The notes under the pieces were generated by a model. The model was not told the DNA's origin. It was given only the letters and a program-made list of their open reading frames with translations, and did not search any database. Source: an uncultured cyanobacterium (GTDB taxonomy: Bacteria > Cyanobacteriota > Cyanobacteriia > Phormidesmidales > Phormidesmidaceae). From it: DNA of 64,000 bases. A program made the position numbers and the translations under genes. Where the stretch lies: contig CAWBZI010000004.1 of the NCBI GenBank assembly GCA_963793265.1, forward strand, positions 416,001-480,000, read 5' to 3'. Shown here one piece after another: positions 48,594-59,625 of this stretch. The stretch's first letter is position 1; every line of letters begins with the position of its first letter.

Positions 48594-50735
48594 CTATGGG
48601 ATTGGAGAAAGGCGTACTGGTAGCTGATTTCTCATCGTTTGAATAAGATGTGTTGCTTGGTAATCGTACAGTTCGAGGTCTATGGATGAAGGCAATTGCT
48701 GAACAAAGCGGTCAATCTCTTGCCTATTGCAGTCTGTAAGTTGAGTGAGTCGCTTGGCAATAGTGCTTAACATTTGAGCATCGTCGTTGCGATCAGGCAC
48801 ATCGGCAGTGAGTCGCCAGCGCCGAGGCGGCGTTCTTTGGCCACGTTCTATGCGACGTAGGCCATTAATGGAGGAGAGCACAAAGAGGCGATCGCCCGGC
48901 ACTAACCGCTGATCGTCTGTCGGCATCAAAATGGTGCAGAGATGGCCTTTGTGATCGCGCGTGTCTCTTAAAATCGGCACCACCCCGTAGCCATAGGCAA
49001 TATGACCCATTTGCTTACCGCTGAGCGTGTCGCCTGGGACAATTGCATACTCGGCAATTAAAATATTTTGACCACCCAAGCGAAACAGACCTAAGATATT
49101 TTCGCCAAATGCCGCACCTGCAAAGGCTTCTGCTGAGAGCGCATAGGCGCAAAATGCCTGAGCCTGAGGCATCATCGCCGTTAAATTATCGCTAAAAGTT
49201 TGGCTGCGAGTGCGGACAACGGGCGAGAAGGTATGGCTGAGCGTTTTTTCTGAGGCAAGTAAGGCGACTTCTAAGTTGAGCATCTGATCGTCGGTGACAG
49301 CGATGATACTTTTGGCGGTTGCGAGGTTAGCCGCAGAGAGTTCTTGCAGGATATCGCCTGTTAATAGCGGAATTTGCGCAGATAGCTCGGCTGTTTTAGG
49401 CTTAGCGTCTAGTGCGACGAGAGGCTGGTTGAACTCGGTTAGTAAGCTAGCAACCTTGCGCCCAATGCGGCCTAGACCCACGACGACTACATGGTTGCTG
49501 CGGGGAATGCGAGGGCGCTTTTGAAGAAAATCGAATCGAGAGTTTAACAGGCGATCTGCGACTAGGCCCAGCACACCTAGCACGACCAAAATACTGACGA
49601 CTGTAATTGCTAGGCATACAAGCTGTACCCAACCAGGGGTGACGGGTCTGCCGAAGCCACCAAACACATCGCCGTAGCCGCCTAGCAGCAAAATTGCGCC
49701 TAAGCTGATGGCCTTGACCCAGGTCAGCTCTGTGCCTAAGCCGTCGTTGAAGTTGAACTTGAGCAGTAGGGTGCCGGTGATCCAAAGAACTAGGGCTGTC
49801 GATAGGGCGATCGCAACTACCCTACCCAGCGATTCTTCAGATGACTGTCGCCAGCTTCTTAGCTGCTTTTGCCAATCGCTATGGCGAAGATCGTCTATCC
49901 ACTGGCTCAGCGTTTTGAGTAAGTTGCGATTCTCTACAGCGGGGTCAGTGGCGTTGCTGACTTCTATATAGGCAATGCGATCACCCGGTTCTACTCGAAC
50001 ATGAGGCTGCCAGCGATGAAAGATTGAAGAAGCCGTTGTTGCCCAGCCCATCGGCTGCTGAGGCGTTTCAACAGGATTGAGATCTAGCAGCCTGAAAAGA
50101 CCTTGATGTAGCTGATGGACAGGCCGCTGATCGAACCGTGGATCGCCTGCTTGAACCAAACGTTCAGTGACCCTAAAACGGTGACGACCGATCCTAAAAA
50201 CGCTGACAATATCTTCGCCTAGCCCAGCGAGTGCAAAGGTCATTGCTGGTAGTTCGGTGGCATCTAGAGCAACAAAATTGCCGAGCTGCCGGGCGAGTAG
50301 CGCGTTGAGGCTATGGCGGGAGGAGCGCAGGATAATCTGGATATTGGGGTTGAGGCGGCGGGCAGCGATCGCACACTCTACATTCGTACTTTCATTACTC
50401 GTGACAATCAAAATCGCCCGACTTTGCTCAATCCCAGCCTTTTTAAGCATGTCTTCACGACGACAATCACCTAAAACGGGGGCCGCTGCTAGATAGCTAG
50501 GCAGATCATCAATCTCCCATGTCCGAATCCTGCGCTGGTCGATAGCGGTGATATTGACTTCAAACGGATCGTAGTCGAACTTTTTGAGGTTGATGACACA
50601 CTGCTGGCCCAAGCTCCCAAGACCGCAGATAATGAAGCGATCTTGAGAATCCCCTTCGGCTCGGCCTCGCCACTGCGTTGCCAAGTTCGGCATTAACGTG
50701 TCTGGGCCAACGGCAGAATAAGGGTTAGCTGGCAT
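48594..50735 (-). CDS. Potassium-channel/TrkA family protein with RCK domains on both sides of a 2-TM pore
   Basis: Two Rossmann motifs ('CGLGSLG', 'VGLGRIG') and 'LLLGGYGD' between TMs. Confidence 0.85.
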   Translation of the reverse strand: MPANPYSAVGPDTLMPNLATQWRGRAEGDSQDRFIICGLGSLGQQCVINLKKFDYDPFEVNITAIDQRRIRTWEIDDLPSYLAAAPVLGDCRREDMLKKAGIEQSRAILIVTSNESTNVECAIAARRLNPNIQIILRSSRHSLNALLARQLGNFVALDATELPAMTFALAGLGEDIVSVFRIGRHRFRVTERLVQAGDPRFDQRPVHQLHQGLFRLLDLNPVETPQQPMGWATTASSIFHRWQPHVRVEPGDRIAYIEVSNATDPAVENRNLLKTLSQWIDDLRHSDWQKQLRSWRQSSEESLGRVVAIALSTALVLWITGTLLLKFNFNDGLGTELTWVKAISLGAILLLGGYGDVFGGFGRPVTPGWVQLVCLAITVVSILVVLGVLGLVADRLLNSRFDFLQKRPRIPRSNHVVVVGLGRIGRKVASLLTEFNQPLVALDAKPKTAELSAQIPLLTGDILQELSAANLATAKSIIAVTDDQMLNLEVALLASEKTLSHTFSPVVRTRSQTFSDNLTAMMPQAQAFCAYALSAEAFAGAAFGENILGLFRLGGQNILIAEYAIVPGDTLSGKQMGHIAYGYGVVPILRDTRDHKGHLCTILMPTDDQRLVPGDRLFVLSSINGLRRIERGQRTPPRRWRLTADVPDRNDDAQMLSTIAKRLTQLTDCNRQEIDRFVQQLPSSIDLELYDYQATHLIQTMRNQLPVRLSPIP

Positions 50736-50849
50736 AGCTTACCGGTACAGGAACTACTTAGCTTTTCATGCTAATCGTGCCATTCTCTCAGGAATTGCCA
50801 GTGAGTGTCATGAAATAATAAGGTTCAAGCCCAAACCCACAGGAGCATT

Positions 50850-51905
50850 ATGAATACCTTTCGCTCGCTGGAATGGAAGCACGATCGTTTGCGCCTGCTA
50901 GATCAGCAGCAGTTGCCGCAGGAGATTACTTACCTTGAATACACCGACTATATAGAGGTAGCCGCAGCTATTAAAACCATGGTGGTGAGAGGAGCACCCG
51001 CGATTGGGCTGGCTGCTGCTTTTGGCATGGCGATCGCGGCTCGGCAGTCTACTGCAACGAAGCCTGAGGATTTTTTGGCGGATATGAGAAAGGCTGGAGA
51101 TTACTTGGGGCGATCGCGTCCCACCGCCGTTAATCTATCGTGGGCTATTAGCCACCTGCTTAAGTTTGTCACGGCTAGAGTCGAGAGCGATCCGAATGTG
51201 TCTGTTGAGAATTTGAAGCAGGCGCTCGCCACCGAAGCCCAGGCGCTATATCAGGCCGATCTGGACGTTTGCAAACGAATAAGCACTCACGCCCAATCAC
51301 TAATCCCTGACTTGGCCCAGGTTATCCATCACTGTAATACGGGCGCGCTAGTTGCCTCAGACTACGGGACTGCGCTGGGTATTATCCGTGTCGCCCATGA
51401 GCAGGGCAAGCAGATTCACGTCTTTTTAGATGAAACTCGGCCTCGGCTACAGGGCGCTAGCCTGTCGGCGTTTGAGATGAAGGCGATAGGTGTACCGCAT
51501 ACGGTGATTGTGGATGGGGCTTCGGGGCACGTGATGAGTACGCACAAGATTGATGCTTGTTTGGTGGGGTGCGATCGCGTGGCAGCCAACGGCGACGTGG
51601 CCAACAAAATTGGTACCTACAACCTGGCACTGGTGGCCCGCGCTCACAACGTTCCTTTTTACGTCGCCTGCCCGCTGAGCACGTTAGACATGAGCCTCGC
51701 TAGCGGCAAGGAAATCAACATTGAAGAACGTGCTGACACCGAAATCACCGAAGTGAAGGGACAGCAGATCACGCCGGACGATACGCCAGTATTCAATCCG
51801 GCATTTGATGTGACGCCTGCTGAGTATGTGACCGCTATCGTTACAGAAAAAGGTATTGTCTATCCGCCGTACAAAGAAAACATTGAGAAAATTATGAATC
51901 GTTAA
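50850..51905 (+). CDS. mtnA: S-methyl-5-thioribose-1-phosphate isomerase
   Basis: '[10 protein letters not shown]', 'RPTAVNL', 'HCN.G', 'ETRP.LQGA', 'NKIGTY', 'NPAFDVTP'. Confidence 0.96.
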   Translation: MNTFRSLEWKHDRLRLLDQQQLPQEITYLEYTDYIEVAAAIKTMVVRGAPAIGLAAAFGMAIAARQSTATKPEDFLADMRKAGDYLGRSRPTAVNLSWAISHLLKFVTARVESDPNVSVENLKQALATEAQALYQADLDVCKRISTHAQSLIPDLAQVIHHCNTGALVASDYGTALGIIRVAHEQGKQIHVFLDETRPRLQGASLSAFEMKAIGVPHTVIVDGASGHVMSTHKIDACLVGCDRVAANGDVANKIGTYNLALVARAHNVPFYVACPLSTLDMSLASGKEINIEERADTEITEVKGQQITPDDTPVFNPAFDVTPAEYVTAIVTEKGIVYPPYKENIEKIMNR

Positions 51906-51964
51906 GATAGACTTGTACAGCTTCAAAAGGCCATGTCCACCTGTTAGTTTTTGGATTAATCACG

Positions 51965-52234
51965 ATGTCTGCTGTCATTAACACTCAGCTTGTGGAGTCT
52001 TTAGCCCAGGCTATTCTTGCGCTTAGCCCGAGTGAGCGAGCTTTGGTGCTACAAAAGGTCAAAACGCCAGATATTTTAGAGTTGGAAGTGGCTTTCCCGA
52101 AGGCGACTCAGGCCGAAGTTGATCGCTTCTTTCAGAGTCTTGACAATTCAGAGTCCGATCCGAATCAGCCCACACTGGCGGAGATTTCACAAGAGGTTAG
52201 ACAGGTGCGGCGCGAACTACGAACCCAATCATGA
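51965..52234 (+). CDS. Putative antitoxin (hypothetical)
   Basis: 89 aa, ATGA overlap with the PIN gene; 'NTQLVESL.Q.I..LS..ER'. Confidence 0.65.
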   Translation: MSAVINTQLVESLAQAILALSPSERALVLQKVKTPDILELEVAFPKATQAEVDRFFQSLDNSESDPNQPTLAEISQEVRQVRRELRTQS

Positions 52235-52644
52235 GGGTTGTGGTTGATGTCAACGTTTGGATTTCAGGCTTCTTATGGGGCGGCACACTTGAGGAAATAC
52301 TGAAGCTTGTCTATGAAAACAAGCTCTATAGCTATGTGTCGATTGAACTTTTACAAGAACTAGAACTAACGCTGAGAAGACCGAAATTTAGAGAAAAACT
52401 GTCTCAGAAAAAGCAGACAGTGGAAGGTTTCGTCGCCATAGCTAGTAGTATTTCAACCGTTCTTGAAGCAGTTGAGATTGAGGTTGCAGAGCTACGCGAC
52501 CCTGATGATGCCAAAATAATTGCGATCGCAGTTGCATCCGATGCTGAAGCAATCATCACAGGTGACTTAGACCTACTTGTTCTACAACCATTTCAATGCA
52601 TCTCTATACTTACGCCAGCTCAACTTCTACAGAAGCTACGTTAG
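52231..52644 (+). CDS. PIN-domain putative toxin (TIGR00305/PIN_3-like)
   Basis: 'MRVVVDVNVWISG', 'ELE..L.RPKF', 'RDPDDA', 'ITGD.DLL'. Confidence 0.88.
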   Translation: MRVVVDVNVWISGFLWGGTLEEILKLVYENKLYSYVSIELLQELELTLRRPKFREKLSQKKQTVEGFVAIASSISTVLEAVEIEVAELRDPDDAKIIAIAVASDAEAIITGDLDLLVLQPFQCISILTPAQLLQKLR

Positions 52645-52665
52645 TTTCTGCGGTGGTTCCTAAGC

Positions 52666-53553
52666 CTATGCTGTTCTTTGATACCGAGGATACATCTTCA
52701 TGAGCTGGCGAACCTGCTCTGCGTGGTAAGAACTGCGGGTCAGAGGTGAAGAAACCACCTGTAGAAAGCCCATTTCTGCGCCCGCCAAGCGCCAAGCGTC
52801 AAACTGCTGGGGTGTGACAAAGGTATCGACGCCTAAGTGCTTTTGACTGGGCTGTAGGTATTGACCAATCGTGACAATATCGCAGTCTACAGCGCGAAGA
52901 TCGCCGAGCACCTGACGGACTTCAGCGTCAGTTTCGCCCAGGCCAACCATAATGCCTGATTTTGTGTAAGTCCATGGGGTGATCGCTCTAGCCTGCTTTA
53001 GCAGCTCCAAACTACGCAAATAATCCCCTTGCGGCCTTGTTCGCTTATACAGCCGGGGCACCGTCTCCGTATTATGGTTTAGCACTTCAGGCCGTCCCTT
53101 TAGCAGCAGCGTTTCTAACGCATCCCAGTTGCCACACAAATCAGGAATGAGCACTTCGATCGTGGTGTTGGGTGAAACCTTGCGCGTTTCTTCAATGCAG
53201 CGGATAAACTGACTGGCTCCACCATCGGGTAGCTCGTCGCGATTGACCGAGGTAATGACCACATGATTGAGCTTCATGCGCCGCACCGCTTCAGCTAAGC
53301 GTACAGGTTCCATTGGGTCTAGCGGCTGCGGCTTTTTGTCAAAGTCGATATCGCAGTAGGGGCAGGCGCGCGTGCAGGCAGGCCCCATAATTAGAAAGGT
53401 TGCGGTACCTGCGCTAAAGCATTCGCCAATATTTGGGCAAGAGGCTTCTTCGCAGACGGTATTGAGGCCAAGGTCTTGCAAAATGCCTTTGACATCACCC
53501 ACCCGTTCCCACTGAGGGGCCTTTACCCGTAACCATTCTGGCTTAACTACCAC
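52666..53553 (-). CDS. lipA: Lipoyl synthase
   Basis: [20 protein letters not shown] and 'RSSYHA'. Confidence 0.97.
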   Translation of the reverse strand: MVVKPEWLRVKAPQWERVGDVKGILQDLGLNTVCEEASCPNIGECFSAGTATFLIMGPACTRACPYCDIDFDKKPQPLDPMEPVRLAEAVRRMKLNHVVITSVNRDELPDGGASQFIRCIEETRKVSPNTTIEVLIPDLCGNWDALETLLLKGRPEVLNHNTETVPRLYKRTRPQGDYLRSLELLKQARAITPWTYTKSGIMVGLGETDAEVRQVLGDLRAVDCDIVTIGQYLQPSQKHLGVDTFVTPQQFDAWRLAGAEMGFLQVVSSPLTRSSYHAEQVRQLMKMYPRYQRTA

Positions 53554-53737
53554 GCTGTTGCTGTTCTCCTGAGTGTTGTTCTACCAATAGGCGCTTCGTC
53601 GATATGCAAACGTCGCTTGAGATTATTTTAGGACTTAACTCGACAGACAAACAGGTATGGCTTAACCGGCAACAGGTGTAAAAGGATGCACTAGGATGGA
53701 TTTAGACACGGTTCTTTTGTCTTTTGTCTCTTAATTT

Positions 53738-54412
53738 ATGCGCAGGCAACCTCCTATCATTCGCTGTTTCGTGATGCTGTGTTTTGGCGCAGGTATTATG
53801 CTGGCGGCTTTTGAATGGCGTAGTCCTTTTCCAGATCCTGTGGTTACCCCAAACGCTACACCTCAAATTAGTGCAGATGCCATTTTGGACTATCAAGGCA
53901 AGCAGCCTGATGATGCGGATTTTGAGCCGCAAGCCGTGCAGATGGAGCCTACGCGGGTTGAAAAAGTGGCCCGCTGGCTGTCTTTAGGTAGCACAGACCG
54001 TACGAAGGCGCTGGCGGAAGAATCGCCGGTTGAGCTGGTGCTGTCTTTGGGCCTGCGAGTTTTGGAAGTGCGTGTGCCCGGTGAAGACCCGGTGTTTTAC
54101 GAAGTGGCCGTTGGTCAGGCTGACTGGCAGACGCCTCAAGGTAAGTTTGCGGTGATTAATAAGTTAGAGAATCCGGCCTGGCAGCATCCAATTACGAAAG
54201 ATGAGATTGCGCCGGGGCCAGAGAATCCTTTGGGAACACGTTGGATCGGCTTTTGGAGTGATGGTCAAGCGCAGATTGGATTTCATGGCACCAATCAGGA
54301 AGATCTTATTGGGGAGGCGGTTTCTCATGGCTGCGTACGGATGCGAAACCAGGATATCGAGGCGCTGTATCAGCATGTAGGCGTGGGTACTTCTGTAGAA
54401 GTGAAGCCTTAA
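53738..54412 (+). CDS. L,D-transpeptidase (YkuD/ErfK family)
   Basis: 'TPQG.F', 'GP.NPLG.RWI', 'FHGT', 'SHGCVRM'. Confidence 0.93.
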   Translation: MRRQPPIIRCFVMLCFGAGIMLAAFEWRSPFPDPVVTPNATPQISADAILDYQGKQPDDADFEPQAVQMEPTRVEKVARWLSLGSTDRTKALAEESPVELVLSLGLRVLEVRVPGEDPVFYEVAVGQADWQTPQGKFAVINKLENPAWQHPITKDEIAPGPENPLGTRWIGFWSDGQAQIGFHGTNQEDLIGEAVSHGCVRMRNQDIEALYQHVGVGTSVEVKP

Positions 54413-54442
54413 AACCCGAGAGAGAAAGCCTTAAACACACGA

Positions 54443-54475
54443 AAACGACCGCTGGTGAGTAACTAACGGTCGTTT
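54443..54475. terminator. Stem-loop between convergent genes
   Basis: AAACGACCG and CGGTCGTTT arms. Confidence 0.7.
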
Positions 54476-54507
54476 GCTTAGGCATTTTTCGTAGGTTGAG
54501 GACGCGG

Positions 54508-55059
54508 TTAAGCGGCAGCAGGCTCTTGCTCGAAGTCGTGAGCGTAGTCTTTGAGCAGCTTGTTTACCTGATTGAGCAGTCCGCTGTCTTCGGTGCGCTG
54601 AATTTCTTTGCGCTCTGGGAAGAACTCAGGCTGGTCGAGGCTGCGGCCCATGGATTCGGTGACCTGCTGGGCAATGAGTTCGCTAAGCTCAGCGCGGGCC
54701 TTATCGCGCTGGTAGCTCGCGCCTTCTTCAGTGGTGGCATATAGAGGCGGGAGACGGTTGAGGGCGTAGGCAGCGACATCACCTAAATCGAGCGTCTTTT
54801 CGCTGTTAGATTCAACTTCAGCAACTTGAGAAATTGCCTCAGTGAGCACCAGTTCTTCCATGACGTTAATGAACTGCTTGCGAGGGACGGCAACGACTTC
54901 TCCGGTTAGCAAAGAACCCATCAGGCGATCGAGAGACATGTATTCTTCGATCGAAAGCTCGGAGGCCGTGTCGCAAATGCGGCCAACTTCTGCTTCCATG
55001 GCAGGGGTGAGATAGCCGTCCTGCAACGCCTGGTCAACGATTTTTTCAATACTACTCAT
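54508..55059 (-). CDS. cdgR: ComFB-domain c-di-GMP receptor (CdgR-like)
   Basis: 'QALQDGYLTPAMEAEVGRIC', 'NVMEELV', 'AYALNRLPPLYATT'. Confidence 0.85.
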   Translation of the reverse strand: MSSIEKIVDQALQDGYLTPAMEAEVGRICDTASELSIEEYMSLDRLMGSLLTGEVVAVPRKQFINVMEELVLTEAISQVAEVESNSEKTLDLGDVAAYALNRLPPLYATTEEGASYQRDKARAELSELIAQQVTESMGRSLDQPEFFPERKEIQRTEDSGLLNQVNKLLKDYAHDFEQEPAAA

Positions 55060-55250
55060 GCTGGCACAAGGCTCCGGTTTGGTGATTCCACTAAAAAAAC
55101 TTGAAATATGAAGAGACTCAGTTATGAGTTCGGTGTAAATCTTGAATCAAGTATTCCCGCTGCTTTAATACACAAAACAAAGGAAGCTCAAATTTGTGTA
55201 AAGAGCTTCCTAATGTCTGGTACGTATTGAGTTGAACGGGTAGCGGATTG

Positions 55251-56162
55251 CTACTCCACGCCGTCGTAGCGCCAGGGAACTGGATCGACTGAAACGCCAT
55301 TTACAAATAGCCCCCAGTGGAGGTTAGGCCCGGTGGCAAAGCCGGTAGCGCCCATGTAGCCGATGAGCTGGCCTTTTTCGACCATATCGCCTTCGTTTAC
55401 CGCAAAGCCGGAGAGGTGGATCATAACGCTGGTGACGCCCTGACCGTGGTCTATGCCAATGGTGTTGCCGTTTAGCTCGAAGCCGTCAGCGACCCTGCCG
55501 ATGACGGCAATCCGGCCTGCGGCGGGTGCGTAGATAGGGGAACCGTTGGCGGCGGCATAGTCTACGCCGCGATGGTAGTAGTCTTCAGCAAAAACGCCGT
55601 TGTAGTAGCGGCGGTTGCCATAGACGGAGCTAACATAGCCAGTGCTGGGGCGGGCCATGGGGCCATTCCAATATCGTTGAGGCGATCGCAATGCCCGAAG
55701 CTCATCTAATCGATCAAATTCATAATCAGTCCCTTCTAACCCGGCGCGACTTGGCGAAAGGGTAATGTACTGCGTATTAAAGCTGCGGTTGCCAACGTTG
55801 ACCGCAACGTTGTTAGTGCCTTCTGGGCCTTTGACTTCAAGCGTCATGCGGCCTGGGGATGTGTTGGGGCTGGTGGGAACGAGGGCGCGATAGCGGTTAG
55901 ACGATAGGGCAAATGCCTGGTAGGTAGTGCCGTTGACGGTGACGGTGGGCGTGACGCCGTTGTCTTCGCCTGTGACGACCACAGAAAGCGTATCGCCAAG
56001 GACGGGGCGCGTGGGCGATACTTGCACCTGATAAGCATGGGCTGGGGTGGCGATCGCACTCCAAACCACAACGGCTACAGCCATAACCGGGAGCATGAGC
56101 CAGGGCGTTACGTTTGCGAGCTTGCGCCAGCGATCGCGCAGGTATGAGGAAACAGAAATCAT
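55251..56162 (-). CDS. M23 family metallopeptidase
   Basis: 'HRGVD' (HxxxD), 'DHGQG', 'G.TG.ATGPNLHW'; N-terminal signal/TM. Confidence 0.92.
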   Translation of the reverse strand: MISVSSYLRDRWRKLANVTPWLMLPVMAVAVVVWSAIATPAHAYQVQVSPTRPVLGDTLSVVVTGEDNGVTPTVTVNGTTYQAFALSSNRYRALVPTSPNTSPGRMTLEVKGPEGTNNVAVNVGNRSFNTQYITLSPSRAGLEGTDYEFDRLDELRALRSPQRYWNGPMARPSTGYVSSVYGNRRYYNGVFAEDYYHRGVDYAAANGSPIYAPAAGRIAVIGRVADGFELNGNTIGIDHGQGVTSVMIHLSGFAVNEGDMVEKGQLIGYMGATGFATGPNLHWGLFVNGVSVDPVPWRYDGVE

Positions 56163-56360
56163 AGTGAACTAAGGAAAGTGACAGAGGTTGGAACGCTAGA
56201 GTGTGCGAAGTTTCTATAAAAAAATATTTAGCACGAGCGTAAATAAGCCCTAACTAAAAGGGATTTACCGCGTGGCTTGAACGCATAGACAATAGCACTC
56301 TCTAGCAACTTTGTGAGTAGGCTGCTGTGACGGCTGGCGAAGCGAAATGCTCAAATAGAA

Positions 56361-56400
56361 AGCGGCTTTCTTATCTAATGGCAATAGAGAGAAGGCCGCT
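56361..56400 (-). terminator. Stem-loop downstream of hfq
   Basis: AGCGGCTTTCT and AGAAGGCCGCT arms; A-rich flank on + gives a U-rich tail on -. Confidence 0.55.
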
Positions 56401-56444
56401 GCTAATAAATAGATTTTGGATGAGTAGATTTGGAGGACAGGACG

Positions 56445-56663
56445 TTAGCCGCCTGTTTTGACGTAGGCGATCGCACCCCGCATCAAAATGGTGTCCTGCC
56501 CGTCTGTGCCTTTAATACAAAGGGCGTTGGCATCTTGCCATGCGAGCGCGCCGGTAAGGGTATCGCCTGTGGTGACCTTAATTTCTACCGCCTCCTGATC
56601 GCGAATAATAGCCTGAACCTGGCGGATACTGGGCAAGTCGGTGTCGAATTGGTTTGAGGACAT
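56445..56663 (-). CDS. hfq: Cyanobacterial Hfq homologue
   Basis: 'FDTDLPSIRQVQ', 'TGD.LTG.L.WQD', 'AIAYVK'. Divergent from dapF, the usual cyanobacterial arrangement. Confidence 0.9.
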   Translation of the reverse strand: MSSNQFDTDLPSIRQVQAIIRDQEAVEIKVTTGDTLTGALAWQDANALCIKGTDGQDTILMRGAIAYVKTGG

Positions 56664-56807
56664 TGTTTGTGGGAGTTTTTTGCTCAAAACGATTTGTGTT
56701 TATAGATTGCCCGAGATTGGCTGCAAGAGCGCTCGGCTCAAGCAGTCGCCAAAGTGATGACCAGAGCAGCGGTAGAATATGTGGAATTGTACGAAAGCTT
56801 TTCACCC

Positions 56808-57680
56808 ATGACGACCCTTCCTTTTAGTAAGTATCACGGCCTTGGTAACGATTTTGTTTTGGTAGATAACCGGGCGAGTGAAAAGCCGTTGGTGAGCCCT
56901 GAGCAGGCGGTAGCGGTGTGCGATCGCAACTTCGGTATCGGCGCAGATGGCGTTATTTTCGTGCTGCCTGCAACGGGTGACACTGACTACACCATGCGGA
57001 TCTATAACTCGGATGGCTCCGAGCCCGAGATGTGCGGCAACGGCATTCGCTGTTTGGCTAAGTTCATTGCCGATCTAGAAGAAAAAGATGGTCACGCCCG
57101 CAAGCTGCCTTACACCTACAGTATTCACACCCTCGCTGGGACGATTCGACCTGAGCTGAGATCCGATGGGCAGGTGACGGTAGATATGGGCGAGCCTGTG
57201 CTGATGGCTAAAGACATTCCTACAACACTTGCGGCTGATGACGATAAGGCGATCGATAAAACCCTTACGGTAGACGGTAAAGACTGGCAGGTGAGCTGCG
57301 TGAGTATGGGCAACCCACACTGCATCACGTTTGTAGAGGATGTAGAAGCGGTGCCTTTAGCAGAGATTGGCCCTAAGTTTGAAAATCACGAGGCGTTTCC
57401 AGCGCGAATTAATACCGAGTTTGTAGAAGTGGTGCGGCCTGACTATTTGAAAATGAAGGTGTGGGAGCGTGGGGCAGGGGCAACGCTGGCCTGTGGCACT
57501 GGGGCTTGCGCGCTGGCGGTGGCGACGGTGCTAAATGATAAGTGCGATCGCAAAGTCACCGTAGAACTCCCCGGCGGCAATCTAGAAATTGAATGGGCCA
57601 GCAGCAACCGGGTGTACATGAGCGGCCCGGCCACGCTCGTATTTCGCGGCGACGTATCTTTAAATGCGGCAGGTCGTTAG
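56808..57680 (+). CDS. dapF: Diaminopimelate epimerase
   Basis: 'KYHGLGNDF', 'MCGNGIRC', 'SMGNPH', 'ERGAG.TLACGTG'. Confidence 0.97.
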   Translation: MTTLPFSKYHGLGNDFVLVDNRASEKPLVSPEQAVAVCDRNFGIGADGVIFVLPATGDTDYTMRIYNSDGSEPEMCGNGIRCLAKFIADLEEKDGHARKLPYTYSIHTLAGTIRPELRSDGQVTVDMGEPVLMAKDIPTTLAADDDKAIDKTLTVDGKDWQVSCVSMGNPHCITFVEDVEAVPLAEIGPKFENHEAFPARINTEFVEVVRPDYLKMKVWERGAGATLACGTGACALAVATVLNDKCDRKVTVELPGGNLEIEWASSNRVYMSGPATLVFRGDVSLNAAGR

Positions 57681-57684
57681 TTTT

Positions 57685-58377
57685 ATGACCTTATTTGTAT
57701 TGACTAATGATGATGGCATTGATGCACCGGGCATTCGCGCTATGCAATCAGCGATCACTGATCTGGGCGAAAACGTGATTGTGGCCCCTGACGCGCCGCT
57801 ATCGGGATGTAGCCATCAGATGAATCGCGGCGGCGTAATAGGGATTGACCCACGTGCTAAAAACGAATACGCCATTAGCGGCACGCCTGCTGACTGTAGT
57901 CGAGTGGCCGTTAGTCACCTGTGCCCCGAGGTGGACTGGGTGCTCTCGGGCATCAACGCGGGCGGCAATATGGGCTCGGATATTTATCTCTCAGGAACCG
58001 TCGCGGCGGTGCGAGAGGCTACCTTGCTCAGGAAGAATGGCATTGCGATTTCGCAGTATCGCTATCGCTCTCAGCCTTACGACTGGGATAGAGCGACGCG
58101 ATTGGCCCGAAAAGTGCTGCGCCAGCTAACGGCTGAACCGTCTAAACCGGGACAGTTTTGGAATGTCAACTTACCCGCGCCGCGAGAGGGTGCAGCCGAT
58201 GATCCTGAGCTGGTGTTTTGCGATCGCTGCACTCAGCCCCTACCGACAGACTTCACGATTGATGAAACTGGATTCCGCTACGCAGGCGCATACGAAGACC
58301 GTCTAAGAGATCCTGATGGCGATGTAGACGTTTGCCTGCGCGGGCAGATCAGCGTGGTCAAGGTGCAGCTATGGTAG
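57685..58377 (+). CDS. surE: SurE 5'/3'-nucleotidase
   Basis: 'LTNDDGIDAPG', 'GTPADC', 'SGINAGGN', 'SGTVAA..EA'. Confidence 0.93.
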   Translation: MTLFVLTNDDGIDAPGIRAMQSAITDLGENVIVAPDAPLSGCSHQMNRGGVIGIDPRAKNEYAISGTPADCSRVAVSHLCPEVDWVLSGINAGGNMGSDIYLSGTVAAVREATLLRKNGIAISQYRYRSQPYDWDRATRLARKVLRQLTAEPSKPGQFWNVNLPAPREGAADDPELVFCDRCTQPLPTDFTIDETGFRYAGAYEDRLRDPDGDVDVCLRGQISVVKVQLW

Positions 58378-58581
58378 GGATTTCCTTTGCACCAGCGGCT
58401 CCCAAAGACACTCGGTAGACATCCTGCCTATGCAATATACATACGAAAGCTTCATCAAACGGTCTGAAAAAAACAAGATCAGTAAGTGATAATGCGGTTT
58501 TTATGATGCACGTGTAAAGGCTGGCAGCACACCGTAGTAAGATGTCAGCGCATTGATGGCTCTTGGTGGCTTTTTTAAAAA

Positions 58582-59619
58582 ATGGTTCAGCTCAATACAG
58601 GGATTACCCTATTCCTTAGCCTGTTAGTAGAAGCCGTGCCGTTTCTGCTAATTGGCGTGGCTTTTTCTAGTCTGCTGATGTTTTTTGTAGATGAGCGATC
58701 GCTGATCGGCATCCTGCCTAAAAATGCCTTCCTCGGCGCGCTCTCCGGTAGCCTGATCGGTCTGCTTTTTCCCGTTTGTGAATGCGGCAATGTGCCAGTC
58801 GCTAGGCGTTTGCTCGTGCAAGGTGCGCCTACAGCCGTTTCTATTGGCTTTTTGCTTGCCGCGCCCACTATTAATCCGGTGGTATTTTGGGCGACCTGGG
58901 TTGCCTTTCGCGGTCAGCCGGAGGTTGTATTTCTGCGGGTTGGCTTTACGCTGCTGATCGCGACGACCGTTGGCTGGGTGTTCAGCCGTCAGCCGGATAT
59001 TGGCCCTTTTTTACAAGATGCGGTGGCGCGAGGCCGGTTTCGAGAGCGCCCCGTGCAGCCTGAAGTGCCTTCTTTACTACAGGGTGGCACCTTTTTTATT
59101 CAGGGCGGCGGTGCTGGCGCGATGGATGCAGGTGATATCGGCAGGGCTATTCGATTAGATACGCCTGCGGCGCAGCGGCTAGTGGCAAATCCGGCGATGG
59201 AGCAAACCCTGCGCCATAAGCTGACGCTATCGGCTGAGAATATGGTGCGTGAGCTAAGAGAGCTGGGAGCGATTTTGATTTTGGGCAGTGCGATCGCCGC
59301 GACGGTTCAAGTAGCGGTGCCCAGAGAGGTGATTTTGGGGCTGGGGCAAGGTCTGGTGTCGTCAATCTTAGCAATGATGGTCTTAGCCGCCGTTGTCTCT
59401 ATTTGCTCTACGGTTGATTCCTTTTTTGCGCTTTCGTTTGCCGCTACGTTCACGACTGGTTCGCTGCTGGCCTTTTTAATATTTGGCCCTATGATCGACC
59501 TGAAAAATATTGGTCTGTTGCTCACAGTCTTTAAAGGCAGGGCAGTGTTTTATCTGTTCGCACTAGCGGCGATGATGAGCTTTGCGCTAGCGTTATTTGT
59601 CAATTTGTATATTGGGTAG
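58582..59619 (+). CDS. Permease (DUF318/YcgR-like)
   Basis: 'EAVPFLLIG', 'PVCECG', 'APTINP', 'SICSTVD', 'GPMIDLK'. Confidence 0.9.
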   Translation: MVQLNTGITLFLSLLVEAVPFLLIGVAFSSLLMFFVDERSLIGILPKNAFLGALSGSLIGLLFPVCECGNVPVARRLLVQGAPTAVSIGFLLAAPTINPVVFWATWVAFRGQPEVVFLRVGFTLLIATTVGWVFSRQPDIGPFLQDAVARGRFRERPVQPEVPSLLQGGTFFIQGGGAGAMDAGDIGRAIRLDTPAAQRLVANPAMEQTLRHKLTLSAENMVRELRELGAILILGSAIAATVQVAVPREVILGLGQGLVSSILAMMVLAAVVSICSTVDSFFALSFAATFTTGSLLAFLIFGPMIDLKNIGLLLTVFKGRAVFYLFALAAMMSFALALFVNLYIG

Positions 59620-59625
59620 CTTGCT

